Source: an uncultured Tannerella sp.
GTDB lineage: Bacteria > Bacteroidota > Bacteroidia > Bacteroidales > Tannerellaceae
Assembly (NCBI GenBank): GCA_964442765.1
Contig: CAYUAK010000230.1
Coordinates: forward strand, 1 to 58,717
DNA: 58,717 nt
Direction of reading: 5' to 3'
Made by a program: the position numbers and the translations under genes. Of the stretch, positions 58,414 through 58,717 are shown in pieces; the stretch's first letter is position 1; every line of letters starts with the position of its first letter. Below the pieces are notes generated by a model. That model was not told the DNA's origin, did no database searches, and was given only the letters and a program-made list of their open reading frames with translations.

Positions 58414-58717
58414 CGGCTTCAAACAGGAGAAAAAAAAATTGAATCGAACTTATTTACACTTTATTAAACAGTTGCCTATGAGACAGCCCGTATGTAAAAA
58501 CCCTACAAATTAGTCGGTTAATTGACACTGACCGGCATCAGCGATTTATAAAATTTTTAATAACTTTTATTTAAAGACTAATGTTTCGCACCCTCTAAAT
58601 CCTTGAAAAACGAGGATAGAGATAGGGTAGAAAGACAAAAAAAGTGCCATATTTTTTTGCTAAAGTCATTGAAAATAACTACCTTAGCGGCCTAATTCAA
58701 AACAATAAAAAACATGG

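Noticed and set aside
55048-58717. Integrative element at tRNA-Arg
   Set aside because: No integrase and no duplicated tRNA 3' end were seen in the window.

Overview
Chromosomal segment of a Bacteroidales bacterium, judged from TAnnTTTG promoter boxes, gene order, and the IF2 and tRNA-Arg style. Housekeeping genes include grpE-dnaJ, purH-mreBCD-mrdA-rodA, pyrC, kbl/tdh, radA, nusA-infB (rimP absent from its usual place), sufBCD, a frameshifted prfB, nadB and tRNA-Arg(ACG). These are interleaved with CAZyme genes that have no SusC/SusD nearby: a GH55 beta-1,3-glucanase, two beta-helix proteins, GH29, GH88/105, GH78, GH5 and a DUF1080 protein. No intact mobile element or CRISPR array is visible, but a decayed AbiEii toxin and an AAA-ATPase-like fragment lie next to prfB. 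The most striking unexplained signal is a set of short repeat families at gene junctions. (1) A ~27-nt CCCCCTTTGAAGGGGGCAGGGGGATGT element occurs as 8 full copies and 1 half copy, always at or shortly after a stop codon in sense orientation. It supplies the stop codon of two genes, and three copies carry nested insertions at its hairpin apex. (2) CACAGAG x4 arrays. (3) Two-block heptamer arrays that bridge a stop codon and the next ATG. Other candidates are an orphan promoter-plus-hairpin sRNA, a two-microprotein operon, a sigma54-type promoter with palindromes inside grpE, and a DUF2156-GNAT operon. All family assignments are from motif recognition by eye; no database searches were run.
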